DNA of 64,000 nt from NCBI GenBank assembly GCA_964628985.1, contig CAZVNJ010000009.1, positions 66 through 64,065 on the forward strand, given 5' to 3'. Below the pieces are notes generated by a model, which saw only the letters and a program-made list of their open reading frames with translations, searched no databases and was not told the origin of the DNA. This DNA comes from an uncultured Dehalococcoides sp. Its GTDB lineage: Bacteria > Chloroflexota > Dehalococcoidia > UBA2979. The position numbers and the translations under genes are program-made. This document shows, in pieces, positions 62,567 to 64,000 of this stretch; position 1 is the first letter of the stretch, and each line of letters begins with the position of its first letter.

Positions 62567-63780
62567 GCCGGCACCTCGACGACCTCGCGCTCGTCCGCCC
62601 GCTGCCACAGGCGGAGGGCGCCGCCGGCACCCACTGCCACGACCGCCGCGAGCGCGGCGAAGCCGAGGCCGAGTTGAGCATTCGCTGCGATCCCCGCCAG
62701 CGGGCTCACCACCATGAGCATCATGGAGAAACCAAGCGGCGTAACCGACAGCACCGTCGCCCGCACCGCGGACTCCGTCCGTGCATTCACGTATGCACCG
62801 AGCGCTGGCCCCACCGTCCCGAGCGCGAACTGGGAGACCCAGAACGCCGGCAGCACCCACAGCGCATCAACCAGTGCGATCACGAGCAGCGACCCCACCA
62901 CCGCACCGAAGCCTGCCCCGAGCATCCGCTTGAGGCCCAGCCTGCTCAACAGCCGCGCACTTGCAATCGACCCCGCCGCGAACGCCAGGCCCGCCGGCGC
63001 GAACGCCACGCCGAACCATGCGATCGGCACGCCGTGGTGTCCGAGGAACGGCTGCATCAGCAGAAAGTTCGCGGGCGACGCGGCGGAGAGCATGAACTCG
63101 AACACGATCGCCCAGCGCAACGCCGCCCGCTCCCGCAGCACCCGCCAGGCCCCGCGCAGCGTCTCCGAGTAGGGCAGGTGAGTCGTCGCCCCCCGCCTCG
63201 GTGGCTCCTGCATCAGCAACAGCACACCGACGCCGAGGATTGCGGGCGCCACGCCGGCCAGCGTGGCAAGGGCGAGCGACGTCTGTGCTGCGAATGCCGC
63301 CCCGGCGATCCCGCCCGCCGTGAACGCCACGTGCACGGCGGCGGCGAACCGTCCCTGCCGCTGCGCGAACTCCGACTCACGGTCCTCAGCAGCCAGCGCG
63401 TCGTAGATGTACGCGGAGTCGTTCCCGCTGCGGAACGCGAACCCCAGCGACCACAGCACATAGGACAGCAACAGCAGGGAGAACGTGCCCGCCAGCGCGA
63501 AGATCAGGATCCCCCCGCCCTCCACCACTGTCCCCACGATGAACGTCAGCCGCCGCCCGAACCGATCCGCGAACGCCCCCGTCGGCACCTCCGAGATCAA
63601 CTTCACGCCCCAGAAGAACGCCTCCATGATCCCCACCTGGGCGAGCGTGATCTCCCGGTAGTCCGTCAGGTACACCACCCAGATCGCGAGGTGCGGCTGG
63701 AACTGCGCGACGAGCGTGAACCCCAGCATCAGCCTGAGGTTCCGGTCGGCTCGGAACGGTCGAGAGGCCGCAAGCGTCAT
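62563..63780 (-). CDS. MFS transporter (tandem paralog A)
   Basis: Same motifs as paralog B; start at MTLAASRPF. Confidence 0.88.
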   Translation of the reverse strand: MTLAASRPFRADRNLRLMLGFTLVAQFQPHLAIWVVYLTDYREITLAQVGIMEAFFWGVKLISEVPTGAFADRFGRRLTFIVGTVVEGGGILIFALAGTFSLLLLSYVLWSLGFAFRSGNDSAYIYDALAAEDRESEFAQRQGRFAAAVHVAFTAGGIAGAAFAAQTSLALATLAGVAPAILGVGVLLLMQEPPRRGATTHLPYSETLRGAWRVLRERAALRWAIVFEFMLSAASPANFLLMQPFLGHHGVPIAWFGVAFAPAGLAFAAGSIASARLLSRLGLKRMLGAGFGAVVGSLLVIALVDALWVLPAFWVSQFALGTVGPALGAYVNARTESAVRATVLSVTPLGFSMMLMVVSPLAGIAANAQLGLGFAALAAVVAVGAGGALRLWQRADEREVVEVPA

Positions 63781-63886
63781 GGCGCGCGCCTCCCTCGGGC
63801 GCGAGCCACCGAGAGTAGGGCCTGGATTCACCGCAAGCGTGCCGCGGCCGCTGACCTCCAGTCGCTTGCGTTGCTGCGGATACTAC

Positions 63887-63910
63887 GGTACCTTGCATAT
63901 ACATGGTACC
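63887..63910. promoter_or_regulatory. 24-bp imperfect palindrome (putative PadR operator)
   Basis: GGTACCTTGCATATACATGGTACC; 20 of 24 positions are symmetric, and it overlaps the PadR start codon. Confidence 0.65.
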
Positions 63911-64000
63911 TGAACTGACAGAGCAAGATTCGTTCTTGTCCCTCCGCCGAGGGCTGCTGGAGTTCGCCGTCCTCACGGTGCTTTCCACTGGATCCCTGTA
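63903..64000 (+). CDS. PadR family transcriptional regulator, N-terminus (3' truncated; absent from the ORF track)
   Basis: MVPELTEQDSFLSLRRGLLEFAVLTVLSTGSL(Y) matches the PadR LRxGxLExxVLxxLxxxxxY N-terminal helix. Confidence 0.7.
   Translation, partial: MVPELTEQDSFLSLRRGLLEFAVLTVLSTGSL

Noticed and set aside
1-64000. CRISPR arrays, IS elements, prophage, rRNA, known riboswitches, selenocysteine recoding
   Set aside because: None was recognisable by inspection; covariance-model and HMM searches were not possible, so weak cases could be missed.

Overview
High-GC bacterial chromosome segment. Gene content (monoderm-type flagellar genes, sortases, several paralogous OFA-type MFS transporters and enoyl-CoA hydratases, DsbA-VKOR) suggests Chloroflexota, probably Dehalococcoidia or Tepidiformales-like; this taxonomy is inference. 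Layout: (1) 1-8.5 kb, denitrification genes: the 3' end of a clade II nosZ followed by nosL-nosB-nosD-nosF-nosY, and a membrane-anchored nirK with an extra cupredoxin domain. (2) 8.7-23.4 kb, mixed metabolic and transport genes. (3) 23.5-48.5 kb, a flagellar cluster with two flagellins, flaG-fliD-fliS-fliT, a sortase, flgM, fliFGHIJ, flgBC-fliE, fliK-flgD-flgE, plus uncharacterised accessory genes and tRNA-His. (4) 48.5-64 kb, mixed genes including a histone H1-like repeat protein, an MshC-like ligase, DUF3105-DsbA-VKOR, tandem MFS genes and a truncated PadR gene. The most interesting signal is regulatory. A 13-bp quasi-palindrome (GGG-N3/4-YCCC-x-A) sits 18-20 nt upstream of a sigma28-like -10 element at six promoters in the flagellar cluster. 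Together with plain sigma28-type promoters, it links a SAM methyltransferase plus two paralogous zinc-ribbon microproteins, an SLT/M23 fusion, a cNMP-DUF2225 fusion and a distant 52-aa membrane protein to a predicted motility regulon. Both flagellin leaders carry CsrA-type GGA hairpins. No CRISPR array, transposase, integrase or rRNA was seen. Many start codons were adjusted by eye from the ORF track. All product names come from motif recognition, not database searches.
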